Origin: the human T2T-CHM13v2.0 reference genome, Homo sapiens
DNA: 64,000 nucleotides
Assembly: GCF_009914755.1 (NCBI RefSeq)
Contig: NC_060947.1
Reading direction: 5' to 3' (one strand)
Below are positions 42,151 through 55,752 of the stretch, piece by piece. Position 1 is the stretch's first letter. Each line of letters starts with the position of its first letter. Both the position numbers and the translations under genes were made by a program. Below the pieces are notes generated by a model. The model saw only the letters and a program-made list of their open reading frames with translations, was not told the DNA's origin and ran no database searches.

Positions 42151-42528
42151 TGTATTACTTCATTCTTATACTGATAAAAAGAACTTACCTGAGACAGGGT
42201 AATTTTGAACAAAAGAGTTTAATTGACTCACAGTTCTGCAGGCTGAGCAGGAAGCATAACTGGTAGGTCTCAGGAAACTTACAATAATGGCAGAGGCAAA
42301 GGAAAAGCAAGCACGTCTCACCATGGCACAGGAGGGGAGAGAGCGAAGGGAGTCAGTGTGACACAATTTTAAACAACCAGACCTCCTGAGAACTCACTCA
42401 CTATTATGAGAACAGCAAGGCAGAAATCCACACCCATGATCCAATCACCTCCCAGCAGGTCCCTCCCCCAACACTGGGGATTACAATTCAACATGAGATT
42501 TGGGTGGGGACACAGAGCCAAACCGTAT
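42151..42528 (-). mobile_element. MSTA-like LTR
   Basis: MST motifs, TSD gtcat. Confidence 0.88.
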
Positions 42529-42685
42529 GTCATTTTCGTCCTTTATTTATCTGGCCTCTGTGGTTTGCCTTCACCATTCCTAAAGTACACTAATAGAAAA
42601 GGAACACTCTACCTTACATCAGAGAACTTATTAAATAACACATCATTTGTGCCAGGCATGGAGCCATATATCATATAGATGTACA

Positions 42686-43243
42686 CAGATGACCCTAGAA
42701 CAATCTAGGTTTGAGCTACATGGGTCTGCTTATACAAAATTTTTTTTTTAATAAATATGTTGGAATTTTTTTTTATTGAGATTGTGACAATTTTTAAAAA
42801 CTCACAGATAAACTGCATGGCCTAGAAATATTGAAAAAAATAGGAAAAAGGCATGTCATTAATTCACAAAATATATTCATGTCACAAATGCATAAATCAC
42901 ACACATTTGTTAACACATATGTATAACATGTACATATGATAAACAGTTGGCTAACACATACGTGTGTGTATAACATAAACAGTTGGTTAATACATACATA
43001 TGTGTTAACTTATGTATGTGTTAACCAACAGTTTAGTTATAAACATACATGATAAACAGTCAGTTAACACATATGTATGTGTTATACATAAACACATAAG
43101 TATGTGTTCATGTTATCAGGAAGGCTGGCCAACAGGAGGCTGTAAGTAGTTAAGTTTTTGGGGGAAGTCAGAAGTTATATGCAGATTTTGAACTGTGCAG
43201 AAGGTCAGCACCCCTAACAATTGCATTGTTCATGGGTCAATTG
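42686..43243. mobile_element. Tigger2-family DNA transposon derivative
   Basis: Terminal inverted repeats cagatgaccctagaacaa / ttgttcatgggtcaattg. Confidence 0.78.
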
Positions 43244-43268
43244 TATATAAATGTATTCATTTATCCAT

Positions 43269-45115
43269 TGGCCAGCTATGTAGGCATAGTGTCTTAGTCT
43301 GTTGTTGCTGCTATAACAAAATATCTTAGGCTGGGTAATGTATAAAAACAGAAACTTATTTCTTACAGTTCTGGAAGCTGCGCAGTCCAAGGTCAAGGCA
43401 CCTGCATGTGGTGTCTACTGAGAGCCTTCTTGCTGCACCCTCTTGTGTCCGGAATTGGTGGGTTCTTGGTCTCACTGACTTCAAGAATGAAGCCGGGACC
43501 CTCGCGGTGAGTGTTACAGCTCTTAAGGTGGCGCGTCTGGAATCTGTTCCTTCTGATGTTCGGATGTGTTAGGAGTTTCTTCCTTCTGGTGGGTTCGTGG
43601 TCTCGCTGGCTCAGGAGTGAAGCTGCAGACCTTTGCGGTGAGTGTTACAGCTCTTAAGGCGGCACGGCTGGAGTTGTTCGTTCTTCCCTGTGGGCTCATG
43701 GTCTCGCTGGCTTCAGGAGTGAAGCTGCAGACTTTCACGGTGAGTGTTACAGCTCATAAAAGCAGTGTGGACCCAAAGAGTGAGCAGCAGCAAGATTTAT
43801 TGCAAAGAGCGAAAGAACAACGCTTCCATGGTGTGGAAGGGGACCCAAGCCGGTTGCCACTGCTGGCTCCAGCAGCCTGCTTTTATTCTCTTATCTGGCC
43901 CCACCCACATCCTGCTGATTGGTAGAGCCCAGTGGCCTGTTTTGACAGGGCGCTGATTGGTGCGTTTACAATCCATGAGCTAGATACAAAGGTTCTCCGC
44001 GTCCCCATCAGATTAGTTAGATACAGAGTTTCGACACACAGGTTCTCCAAGGCCCCACCAGAGCAGCTAGATACAGAGTGTCGATTGGTGCACTCACAAA
44101 CCTTGAGCTAAACACAGGGTGCTGACTGGTGTGTTTACAATCCCTGAGCTAGACATAAAGGTTCTCCAAGGCCCCACCAGAGCAGCTAGATACAGAGTGT
44201 CGATTGGTGCACTCACAAACCCTGAGCTAGATACAGGGTGCTGATTGGTGTATTTACAATCCCTGAGCTACATATAAAGACTCTCCATGTCCCCACCAGA
44301 CTCAGGAGCCCAGCTGGCTTCACCCAGTGGATCCCGCACCGGGGCTGCAGGTGGAGCTGCCTGCCAGTCCCGCGCCATGCGCTGGCACTCCTCAGCCCTT
44401 GGGCAGTCGATGGGACTGGGCGCCGTGGAGCAGGGCGTGGCGCTCATCGGGAAGGCTCGGGCTGCACAGGAACCCACGGAGGCGGGGGAAGGCTCAGGCA
44501 TGGCGGGCTGCAGTCCCGAGCCCTGCCCCGTGGGAAGGCAGCTAAGGCCCGGTGAGAAATCGAGTGCAGCACCAGTGGGCTGGCACTGCTGGGGGACCCA
44601 GTACACCCTCCACAGCCGCTGGCCCGGGCGCTAAGCCCCTCACTGCCCGGGGCCGGCAGGGCCGGCCGGCCGCTCCAAGTGCGGGGCCAGCCAAGCCCAC
44701 GCCCACCCGGAACTCCAGCTGACCCGCAAGCGCTGCGCGCAGCCCTGGTTCCCGCTCGCGCCTCTCCCTCCACACCTCCCTGCAAGCTGAGGGAGTGGGC
44801 TCCAGCCTTGGCCAGCCCAGAAAAGGGCTCCCACAGTGCAGCGGCGGGCCGAAGGGCTCCTCAAGTGCTGCCAAAGTGGGAACCCAGGCAGAGGAGGCGC
44901 CGAGAGCAAGTGAGGGCTCTGAGGACTACCAGCACGCTGTCACCTCTCACTCTCATAGCAAGACAGAATACACTCACTCCCTCAAGCCATTTTATAAGGG
45001 TCATGGTCCCATCCGTGACACTCCACCCTCATCACCTAAGGCTCCACCCCTTAATACTATCACATGACCAATTAAATTTCAACATGTGAATTTGGAGGGA
45101 CACATGAAGACCCTC
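43269..45115 (-). mobile_element. MLT1A/MST-like LTR split by LTR12
   Basis: tgtcttagtctgttgttgctgctataacaaaata start; resumes after 44950. Confidence 0.75.
43444..44949 (-). mobile_element. LTR12C-like (ERV9) solo LTR, full length
   Basis: Minus strand starts tgagaggtgacagcgtgctgg; GC-rich U3, CCAAT tandem repeats, U5 repeats, 4-bp TSD ctct. Confidence 0.95.
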
Positions 45116-45779
45116 GTACATTTGCTACCTCCATTTACTAGGTACAAAAAGAGAATTACAAGGTTAAATAAATTGCCTAAGATTACACAGCTGACATGTA
45201 GGAAAGACAATTGAATGCCAGATCTGTCTTACTCTACATTGCATGGCCTCTTCTCTACATATTAAGCCTCTAACCTCTCAAGCACAGAGCAAAGGAAATA
45301 TCTCCCACAGCAACTGCTAAATCAAAACATGAAAAGTTCGCTTTGTAGATGTGCAATAAAATATACGGCAGCAGGTTGTTTACCAGAAATGAATATCGAA
45401 TTTTATACATTTTGTATCACTTATAGTTTCATGGCTTTTTAAAAATGCAGCAGTAGCGTTTCTTAAAAAATGCGTTCCTTTGCAAACCTTGCATAATATT
45501 TTATTCCCCAACACATAATTGCATACCAATCAGTTTTATTTTTTATTCTTCAACAGGCAATATTTCTTTAAAATATCTCTGATTTGGGTCTTCAAAAAAC
45601 AAGCTACGTCTTGAATAGGAGAATCAGAATTGATGTTGTTAAAGACTGGCTATGCTATTTGGAATTGCCATGGGAGACTGGTACTGCTTCAAAGGTTATA
45701 TGTCAAAACCACTTCAGAAATTTATAAACTTCAGGAATACTATATATTTATGGAAAAATCAGCATGATTAATAGTTGTT

Positions 45780-46233
45780 TTAATCTATGTGATGTTATAA
45801 AAGTACACGTAACATACCCTACATTGCAATATATATAGATGACAAAGCAATATATGCTAGGGGAAGTTTTTGTAAGTATATAAGCTAATATATTTTATGA
45901 AATATAAAATAATACTGCTATAATTTTTATATTAAATATTGTATTTATATATTTTTATATTATAATTTTATATATTAATATATAAAATATATTATATATT
46001 AAAACTTGTGATATATATTACAACTTGTGATATAAATTAAAACTTATTTTTTAATCCATACAGTGTCATAAAAGTGTATCTAAAGCATGCTCTTTGTAGT
46101 ACATATAAATATATATAAATATAAGTATATATAAAAATGAGTACATATATACATATATACAGTTACTATATATGGTATAAATATATACTGTGTAAGTAAA
46201 TATATATGCATACAGTAACTATATATGTATATA
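45780..46233. repeat. AT-rich low-complexity region
   Basis: Direct inspection. Confidence 0.88.
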
Positions 46234-46566
46234 TAGCAATGCATTGCTTAACAATGGGACTACATTCTGAGAAATGGGTCATTAGATTTCATCATTGTGC
46301 ACATCACAATGTCCTTACATAAACCCAGAAGGTGTAGTTACTACACACCTAGACTGTATGGTACAGCCTACTGCTCCTAGACTGCAAACCTTCACAGCAT
46401 ATTACTGTACTGAATATTGTAGGCAATTGTAACACAATGGTATTTATGTATCTAAACATATCTAAACCCAGAAAAAGTATAGTGAAAACATGATATTATA
46501 ACCTTATGGGGCCACGATCATCTATACAGTCTATTGTTGACTGAAATATTATATGTTGCATGACTG
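46234..46566. mobile_element. Tigger3a/MER7A-like element
   Basis: gcttaacaatgggactacattctgagaaatg...actacacacctag...gcatgactg. Confidence 0.82.
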
Positions 46567-46645
46567 TATATTTATATTTACATGTATATAGACATAAAAC
46601 AAAGAGTACATTTTAGATTTATTTTTATGACATAGGAATTTAAAC

Positions 46646-47250
46646 TGTTTATGAAGAGAGTCAAACTCTGTAAAATATTTGAAGAGATTTACTCTGAGCC
46701 AAATACGAGTGACATGGCCTGTGACACAGCCTTCAGGAGGACCTGAGAACATGTGACCAAGACTGTCGGGGCACATCTTCGTTTTACGTTTCAGGGAGAC
46801 ATGAGATATCAATCAAGTACATTTAAGATATACATTCCTTTGGTCCAGAAAGGTGAGACAACTCAAAGTTGTAGGGGTGGGGGATGGGAGGGGTGGAGGC
46901 CTTCCAGGTTATAGGTAGATTTAAAAGTTTTATTATGAATAGAAAGGAAGGAATGTCTGGGTTAGGATAACAGATTGTGGAGAACAAAGTTTCATTATGC
47001 AGATGAAGCCTCCAGGTAGCAGGCTTCAGAGAGAATAGACGGTAAATGTTTCTTGTCGGACTTAAGGTCTCTTGATGTTAAATGCTGGTCGGCTGTTCCT
47101 GAATTCCACAAGGGAGGAAGGCATAATGAGGTATGTCCGACCCCCCACTTCCGGTCATTTAACTGGAACCAGTCTTTCAGGTTAAATTTTGGAGTGCTCT
47201 GGCCCAGAGGAGGAAGTTCATGCCATGGTTGGGGAGAGGGGGCTTAATTT
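46646..47250 (-). mobile_element. MER4-family ERV1 LTR
   Basis: gagtcaaactctgtaaaatatttgaagagattt...gtgacacagccttcaggagg. Confidence 0.82.
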
Positions 47251-49406
47251 TGATGTAAACCACAATTGTTCACAATTGTTTTTAACAAGTGAATTTCGGG
47301 TAACACATGAAGACCCTAGTACATTTGCTATCTCCATTTTCTAGGCACAAAAGGAGAATTACAAAGGTTAAACAAATTGCCTAAAATTACACAGCTCATA
47401 TGTAGGAAAGACAATTGAATACCAGATCACACATATCAGGTATTCAATTTTAATCTACAATATGCATACAATATATAAATATATATAATATAAATATGTA
47501 TTTGTATCTAAATAGATATTTTATATTATATATATACGTATATGTGTGTGTATAGACATGTATGTATATATATATATTTCACACACGTAAGACATTCTTA
47601 TCAGAACTCGTATTGATTATGAGAACCATGATCCCTGGATGTTACTCTATGTCCAGTTATTTAATTAATTTTCAAGAGCTATATTTTTCCGTTCTGTGAT
47701 CGCACAGTGTGTGTGTGTGTGTGTTTGTGGGCGCACGTGCACTATTTCTCTGGAACCCTTTCAGCGGTTTTCCCACAAGATTCAGAGTTACACAGAGTTG
47801 GGGCCGTGGGATGTTCATTGTTGCCCCTCCAGTATTGATCCCAGCCCCTAAAATATATTCTGTACTCCTTGCATGCTCAGTAAATGCACAATAATGTCAC
47901 CCCTCTAAGGCACAGCCAGCAGTTTTGCAGCTATTGTGTGCAATGAACACACCAAAACCTGCAGAAAAGCCTTTTAACCCGAAACAACTGTTATTTGGAT
48001 TAGAAACAAAAAGAGAAAATCCTGTCTATGAACACTAACACTAAGATTATCATCTGGAAGAAACTGAAGAGCTGAATTCACATTTAATGTATTTTCCAGT
48101 ATAATTTATATATAATAAGAACATTTTAATGTGTATGAAACTTTTCTTTTTATTCTTTTCTTTCTTCTTTTTTTTTTTTTTTCAGTAGCTTTTGCCCCTT
48201 TCAAGTGGAGTCCTGCCTTTGACCACATTGCGGGAGCTCAATCTCTTCACTGAATTGACAGATCAAAAGACCTAGGAATTTTTTCCAGAAATCCTGGCAT
48301 TGTTAACTACACTCCGGCCTGCCATGTTTGTCTGTGAAAGTACAGGAAACTGCTTTGAGGAGATGCAAAAGGAGATAAATGTGAGTGACACCGTTAACAT
48401 TTAAAATAAAGGGAAATGCCAGTAGAGACCAGGAATGGAAATGATTGTCTTTTTCTCTGCTGGTTAAATGAAGAACCCTGTCCACGCTCCTTCTGTGATT
48501 TAAATGTAATTTCTCTTTTATTTAATCTTTGGAGGGATTTTCGTTTGTCTACATGGAAAGCATAAGTTCTCTCTTCAGTTTTCAGGGCTGTAGATGGACT
48601 TAGGAGTGGCAATAAATGATTGCAAATAGATGCTTAGTGGGTAAAGTCTTATTAGCGCAATGGCTCAGAAGTGCTGAAAACAAAGATTTTTAAAATTCAA
48701 ACAGGCCGAAGTGGAGAAAAATATACTTAATCAAATTCACAATGTCTAAGTAGTACATAATAATGCTATATTTTTAGAGAACAAAAGCACTATCTTTTTA
48801 AAAGGAAAGTTAAAACTTTTGCTCTGAACACATATATAAATACTGAAAATAACTGTCATTTAATCCAAACCTTGGTTAACATAGGCCCGACATTTTCCTG
48901 CATCACGAACCCAAAGCCCTTCAGTGAAAACGCTACATTGTTTTGTTTTGTTTCTCTTGGTGCATTGAAACATGCTTTGCAGTTTTCCCTGAACATGTTC
49001 TTCTGTCAGATTTGCCCTGAAGTGTTCAACCAACTCATTTCATGCTTACCCAGCGTTTCCTGTTTGGATAAGTATTAGAAGAAACTAACACAAGTGCTCA
49101 ATTTAGCATGCAAAAAATCACCTTGGTAATTTGAGCCTGAGATGGCAAGAACAAAGCAGTTGCCTGGCTGAATTTATTACATTTAAACTCATTTTTTATA
49201 TTACTTTACATTTTTCTTTAAGACTAGAGAACATAGGTTGTACAATTCTGATTCTTTAGAAAATGTTGACACTTCTTGCATGCCTAGGACATCGTTAATT
49301 TTTCTAAAATGTAATATCTTAAAAAGATTGTGGATGGAAAATTCAGTGTATATCTCATGACGCATCCTTATTAATCGCATTGTTCAAAATGTAACATCTC
49401 TACTTC

Positions 49407-49932
49407 TGAAACCACCTTTGCAAAATTATAACTGAGGAAATTTTGACACTAAAAGAAATCACACCTAACCGACTCCATCTTGCTTCTAACCTGTAAGCTG
49501 CCCTTGTTTATTCCTGGGCATACGCCAAACTAACTTTGGGAAGGAATTCAGTTCATGGTTTGATTCTGAAACAAAATTGACAATAGCCCTTTCCCAAAAA
49601 GACCCCCTTCTTGTCTGGGGACCAGTCTACCTTTGTAGAACTAACAAATTAGCTGTGAGATTAGAAATTACAGTTTAGGGATCATGCAGCCTCTGGCTCT
49701 AAGAGTCTGAACCTCCCCAAATTGCTCCTGGGAATAACATCACTGTTGTAAAACCTAAGATCAGTGCTCTGCTCCCCGAATGCTCAGGGAGACTGATTTG
49801 AGTAATAATAGAACTCCGGTCTCCCACATAGCCAGCTCTGCGTGAATTACTCTTTCTCCATTGCATTTCCACTGTCTTGATAGATCGGCTCTGTCTAGGC
49901 AGTGGGCAAGGCGAACCCATTGCATAGTTGAA
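49407..49932 (+). mobile_element. LTR8 solo LTR, internally deleted
   Basis: tgaaaccacctttgcaaaattataactgag start; TSD cttc. Confidence 0.85.
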
Positions 49933-50189
49933 CTTCTTTATTTATTATTATTTGACAGTTTGATCTCTTCAATTTCCAAACTTAAATTACTTATAGACAA
50001 AATTTTTCCTGAAGCTTTGTCAGTCATACTTGACAGGGTTTGATGCTATATTGTTTGATTCCACATGTTTTCAAATGGGCAAACTTTCTTATTCTATAAT
50101 TTTCTTATCTAGAATATAGCATCTTCCTTGAACCTTTAATTATAAATTGTTCATCTAAATTCTATATAGTCAGACAATAAAATTGCTAC

Positions 50190-51160
50190 CCCAAAGCAGA
50201 CATTTCTTAGAAATACAGAAAGAATTAAACATAAAAGAAAAAAAGACATATTAGACTTTGTCAAAGGTAAATTGTTTACTTATCAAAGCTTACTGTTAGT
50301 AAACAGTTATAAACAGTTTATTATAAAAAGTTATAAAAATAAGCCAAAGACTGAGAGGAAAATAGCTGCAATACATATCTATGATAAAAGATTTCAATGT
50401 AGAAGATTTAAGAAACTAAAATATCAATAATAAAAAGAAAAGCAATCCACTGAAAAATGAGAAAATTTTAGTAAAGAAAATAGAGAAATGGCCAATAAAT
50501 ACAAAAAAAGATGCTCAACATGATTAGTCATCAGAGTATACAAATTAAAACCATGAAAACATCACTTCCCACCAACTGCAAGAATTGAAATTTTAAAAAA
50601 TGGTAGTTGCATAAATTGGTACTTTCCCATATTGCTGATGGAAACCAGCATTTTCTTATAAAACCACACATACTGACCCTATAGTCTATACTTCCATGCT
50701 TAGTATTGACCCAAGATAAATAATATTTTTATGTCCACAAAAATACTTCAGCAAGAATATTCATAAAAACTTTATTTCTAATAACCAAAGACTGTAAATA
50801 ATGCAGAGGCCATCAACAGAAGAATGGTGGTATACTCATACAATGGAATATTACTCAGCACTGAAAATGAGCAAACCACTGATGTATGGAACAATATAGA
50901 AGGTGAAATATGGTCCTACTGGGTGCATATGAACTTCAAGGAAAAGAGTCTAATCTATGGTGATGAAAATGAGAAAACTTGATGCCTATATTGGGTGGTG
51001 GAGATACACTGGAAGTATCCATAAGGGAACTTTCTTATGGTCATGGAAATGTTCTACATTTTATTTAAAATGCTGGTTACATGAGAGTAAGCATTTATCA
51101 AAATGCATCAAATTGTACACTTAAGATTTGTGCATTTCATAGCATGTAAATTTTAATATA
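50190..51160 (+). mobile_element. Old L1ME-like 3' fragment
   Basis: aaagatgctcaacatgattagtcatcag...caatggaatattactcagca...gtacacttaagatttgtgcattt. Confidence 0.78.
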
Positions 51161-51440
51161 TTTAGACACAAAAAATGTGAAATGTGAGGAAAACATATAA
51201 AATAAACTTCTTATATAAAATAAAAACGTTTCTCAAATGCATGAAAGCTAATTATCTCATTGAAGTTATTAACTATCTATTTTAAGAATAAAGGACAAAA
51301 ATCTACTTATGTTTTGTTTCAAAATCTCTTAGGTAATTAAAGGGCTAAAAAATCAAGAACAAAACAAGATAATCATTATCATCATTATTATTTGACATCA
51401 TTTTGCCATTTTATCCCAAAACAAAATTTTTCTCCAACCA

Positions 51441-51546
51441 GGCCAGGCCTAGTGGCTCAAACCTGTAATCCCAGCACTTTGAGAAGCTGAGGCAGGAGGA
51501 TCGCCTGAGCCCAGGAGTTTAAGACCAGCCTGAGACCCCATCTCTA

Positions 51547-51582
<36 letters not shown>
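51441..51582 (+). mobile_element. FLAM / Alu left monomer with an A35 tail
   Basis: Single monomer followed by a pure A run at 51548-51582. Confidence 0.88.
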
Positions 51583-51586
<4 letters not shown>

Positions 51587-52478
51587 CCATCTATAAATCT
51601 ATTATGATTAAAAAAACATGATTGACAGTGATGAAGCTGACTAACTTGTTTATTCAAAACCAGGAATACAAATTTATCTAGAAATTTCCCTCCAGACCAA
51701 AAAAACAAATGCAGTTTTCCCATTGAAGAGTGATGATTATTTTTGTTTCAGGATATCAGTGAGTCATGCACACTATAAAAGAAGTATTATCAGAGTAGTT
51801 TTAGGTTGTAGATGTAAAATATGGAGTTATCATTTAACCTGTGTTCCCTTGGACTGAATCGTGGGACTGATGGAGAAAGACTGCAAAGATTCCCTTTATG
51901 GAATCAGCATAAGCATGTTCCCCTGTTCAGGATTATCTACAACTTATTTCTTCTGCACCAAAAAGGATAGCTTCAGTTGGGAGAAATAACAATGAGCCCC
52001 TGCACCCTCTTGACTTACATAATCCACCAAAAACAAACTCAGCCGAAGGTACAGAGAGCAAGTGGAGGCAACCTTGAATAAGGAGGCTTCCAGGATTCAG
52101 GAGGATTAACATACCAGCACTCAGATCTTCTTTGAGTTCTATGCTACTTCTAAGCTGGTTAGAAATGGTTTGCAAATTCTGTCATTTCCTTGGTCTACAC
52201 AGTTACAGAACAAATTATGTTTTATATATGTAAAAAGTGTGCACCTCTTTCTTTTTCTCTGTATCTCTGTTCTTTTCCCCTTTGGAGAGGGGAGATTTTG
52301 GCCTGGAAACAAATTAAAGATACAAAGTCTAAATGGATTATTTCTTTGAAGTTCAGTTAAGCCTGAGAAAGCACTTTTTTCCACTCTAAAAATTCAAGAT
52401 ACAGGTATAATACAAACACATTGCACTGGAAGTTAGAGAATAAAAATTGGGGGTTTTGTTTGCTTTTATGTTTTTTAA

Positions 52479-52881
<403 letters not shown>

Positions 52882-52942
52882 TGAAAATATTTTTACATAT
52901 ATGGATGTGAAAGTATATTGTGGAGAGCTGAAGTTTTGGTAT

Positions 52943-52943
<1 letters not shown>

Positions 52944-52979
<36 letters not shown>

Positions 52980-53247
52980 GATAGGATGGAGAGATAGATA
53001 CATGATTGATAGATAGAGATGTTAGATGATAGATGAATGATAGAGATAGGTGATAGAGAGATAGAGATACATGATTGATAGATGATAGAGATAAATGATT
53101 GATAGAAACAGATGATAAGTAGATAGAGATAGATATTGATAGAGAGATATAGGTGATAGATAGCTAATAGATGATACATAGATAATAGATGATAGATATA
53201 GATGACTGATATAAATGATAAGTAATAGATTATACAGATAGATAGAT

Positions 53248-53292
<45 letters not shown>
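52944..53292 (+). repeat. Compound (GATA)n array
   Basis: Direct inspection. Confidence 0.95.
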
Positions 53293-53828
53293 TGAAGGGG
53301 ATTAGAATATGCTACCCCAAATGTGCCATTTTGGCATAAGGATTATTTTTTAGCTGAATGTACCTGACAAGCAACAGATAGGGAAAGAAATCTCTGCTCT
53401 CCCTCTTAAAATCATGACATAAATTTCACTTTTTAAAGTTGATGTAAATTTCTATTTGTAAAGGGTTCCCCTTTCCCATAAGTGGTTTAGTAAGGTGTAA
53501 TAAACCTTACTAAACGATTCTTAACTACCATATATTTCCTAATCACCTTCCCACAATTTATTGTCCCAAGAAGCCCAAATCCCCTCCCCACCTCTTTTTT
53601 TTTTTTTTTTTTGTCTTGTCATTTCTTCACAATTCATCACCTCTTGTGAAAGTGGTAGATAAGCCCTGGGGTCTAACTGCCTCTTTCAGTTTTTGACCTC
53701 TTTTCTGTGGGGGTCTCATGCACATAGAAAAATTAACATTAATAAAGAAACATATGCCTTTTTAAATCTATATTTTGTCTATTTAGATCACAGGCCCCAG
53801 TCACAGAACCAACGAGATACAAGAAAAG
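53293..53828 (+). mobile_element. MER34/MER39-like ERV1 LTR
   Basis: tgaaggggattagaatatgctaccccaaa...ggcataaggattatttt start. Confidence 0.6.
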
Positions 53829-53854
53829 TTTTTTGCCTTCCTTAACATTAGTAT

Positions 53855-53855
53855 G

Positions 53856-53886
<31 letters not shown>

Positions 53887-54020
53887 ATGGATAGATAAAT
53901 GGATAGGCAGAAAAGGTAGAAACAAAAAAGGATGGATAGATATAAGGATGGATAGATGGATGGATGGATGGATGGATGGATGAATGGATGGATGGATGGA
54001 TGGTTAGGCAGATAGATATG
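53855..54020 (+). repeat. (GATA)n plus (GGAT)n array
   Basis: Direct inspection. Confidence 0.95.
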
Positions 54021-54509
54021 TAGAGAAAGGTGATATGTAAAAAGATTCCAAGTTCTGTCTTCACCAGAGTGTTATTTAGAGGACTAAATAAGATAATCTA
54101 TATCAATATCTATTATTGTCTGCTGTATAAATTTTATTACTATTTTTCATATTCTCCTACATTATTATTTCTGAATGAACATTTCCACTTATTGAAGCAC
54201 TTCCTTTTTTAAGCAATAAATTGTGTGTAGTGAATGCAGTAAAAAAGCACTGGGAAGAGAACACATTTTTAAAACTTTGAATTCCCCATAACTCTTATCA
54301 ATAAAGTTGCCTTCTTTGGGGTCTTCAGTCCACTCTGCTTCCTACAGAGTTTAGATTCCAATGGCTATTGTCTTTAAGAATACTCTCAGTTCAACTAATC
54401 AGCCATCTCCAAGAACCCTCATTGCAAGCACTGCTGGGGTAAAAACAGGCACTAAACTTATCTGTCATTACTGCCATCAATATAAAATCCAACAGGAATG
54501 AGTCCTTGG

Positions 54510-54805
54510 AGCTGGCGATGATGGCTCACGCCTGTAATCCCAACACTTTGGGAGGCTAAGGCAGGCAGATCTCTTGAGCTTAGGAGTTCAAGACCAGTCT
54601 TGGCAAGACCCTGTCTCTACAAAAAATACAAAAATTAGCCAGGCATGGTGGTGCATACCTGTAGTCCCAGCTACTAGGGAGGCTGAGGTGGGAGGATCAC
54701 ATGAGCCCAGGAGATCAAAGTTGCAGCAAGTTATGATCACACCACTGCACTCCAGCCTGGGTGACAGAGTGAGACCCTGTCAAAAAAAAAAAAAAAAAAA
54801 AAAAA
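54510..54805 (+). mobile_element. AluJ
   Basis: Full dimer, polyA, TSD aatgagtccttgga. Confidence 0.93.
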
Positions 54806-55257
54806 TGGGGGTGGGGTGGGGAGGGAAATGAGTCCTTGGACCAGATGTTAAGATATCTGGGCTATAGCCTGTAGTTCTCTTTTGGGCCCACCATTGACTA
54901 GCAATTACTTTGGGAAAATCTCTTTACATTGTTTGTATCTCAGTCTTCTCTATACCAAATCTTGTTACCTTGCCCCCACTGCTAATGGAGACAGAATAAA
55001 CCTCGTGAGATTAAATTACAGCATGTTATGTTTTCTAAAAGCAAGAGAGATAAACATCGGCCTGGAGATATGTAGTGGCTCCCTATTCTTGGCTGCCTGA
55101 CTATGTTCTATCCCAGGATACCATTATGCACCAACTCTGGTAATCCCATCTCTTCTGCCATGCATGGCAGAAAGACATTTACGGGATGGGGCTCCTGGGA
55201 AACAGGCCAGTCAACTCTCCTATCAAGATGCAGATGAGGAAGGCCTGGTTGCTGTCA

Positions 55258-55752
<495 letters not shown>

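Noticed and set aside
43930-44300. Regularly spaced repeats resembling a CRISPR-like array
   Set aside because: Known LTR12 U3 tandem enhancer repeats in eukaryotic DNA; no unique spacers or cas genes
43523-45089. Cluster of overlapping 70-136 aa ORFs in GC-rich DNA
   Set aside because: Essentially all within LTR12; GC richness suppresses stop codons
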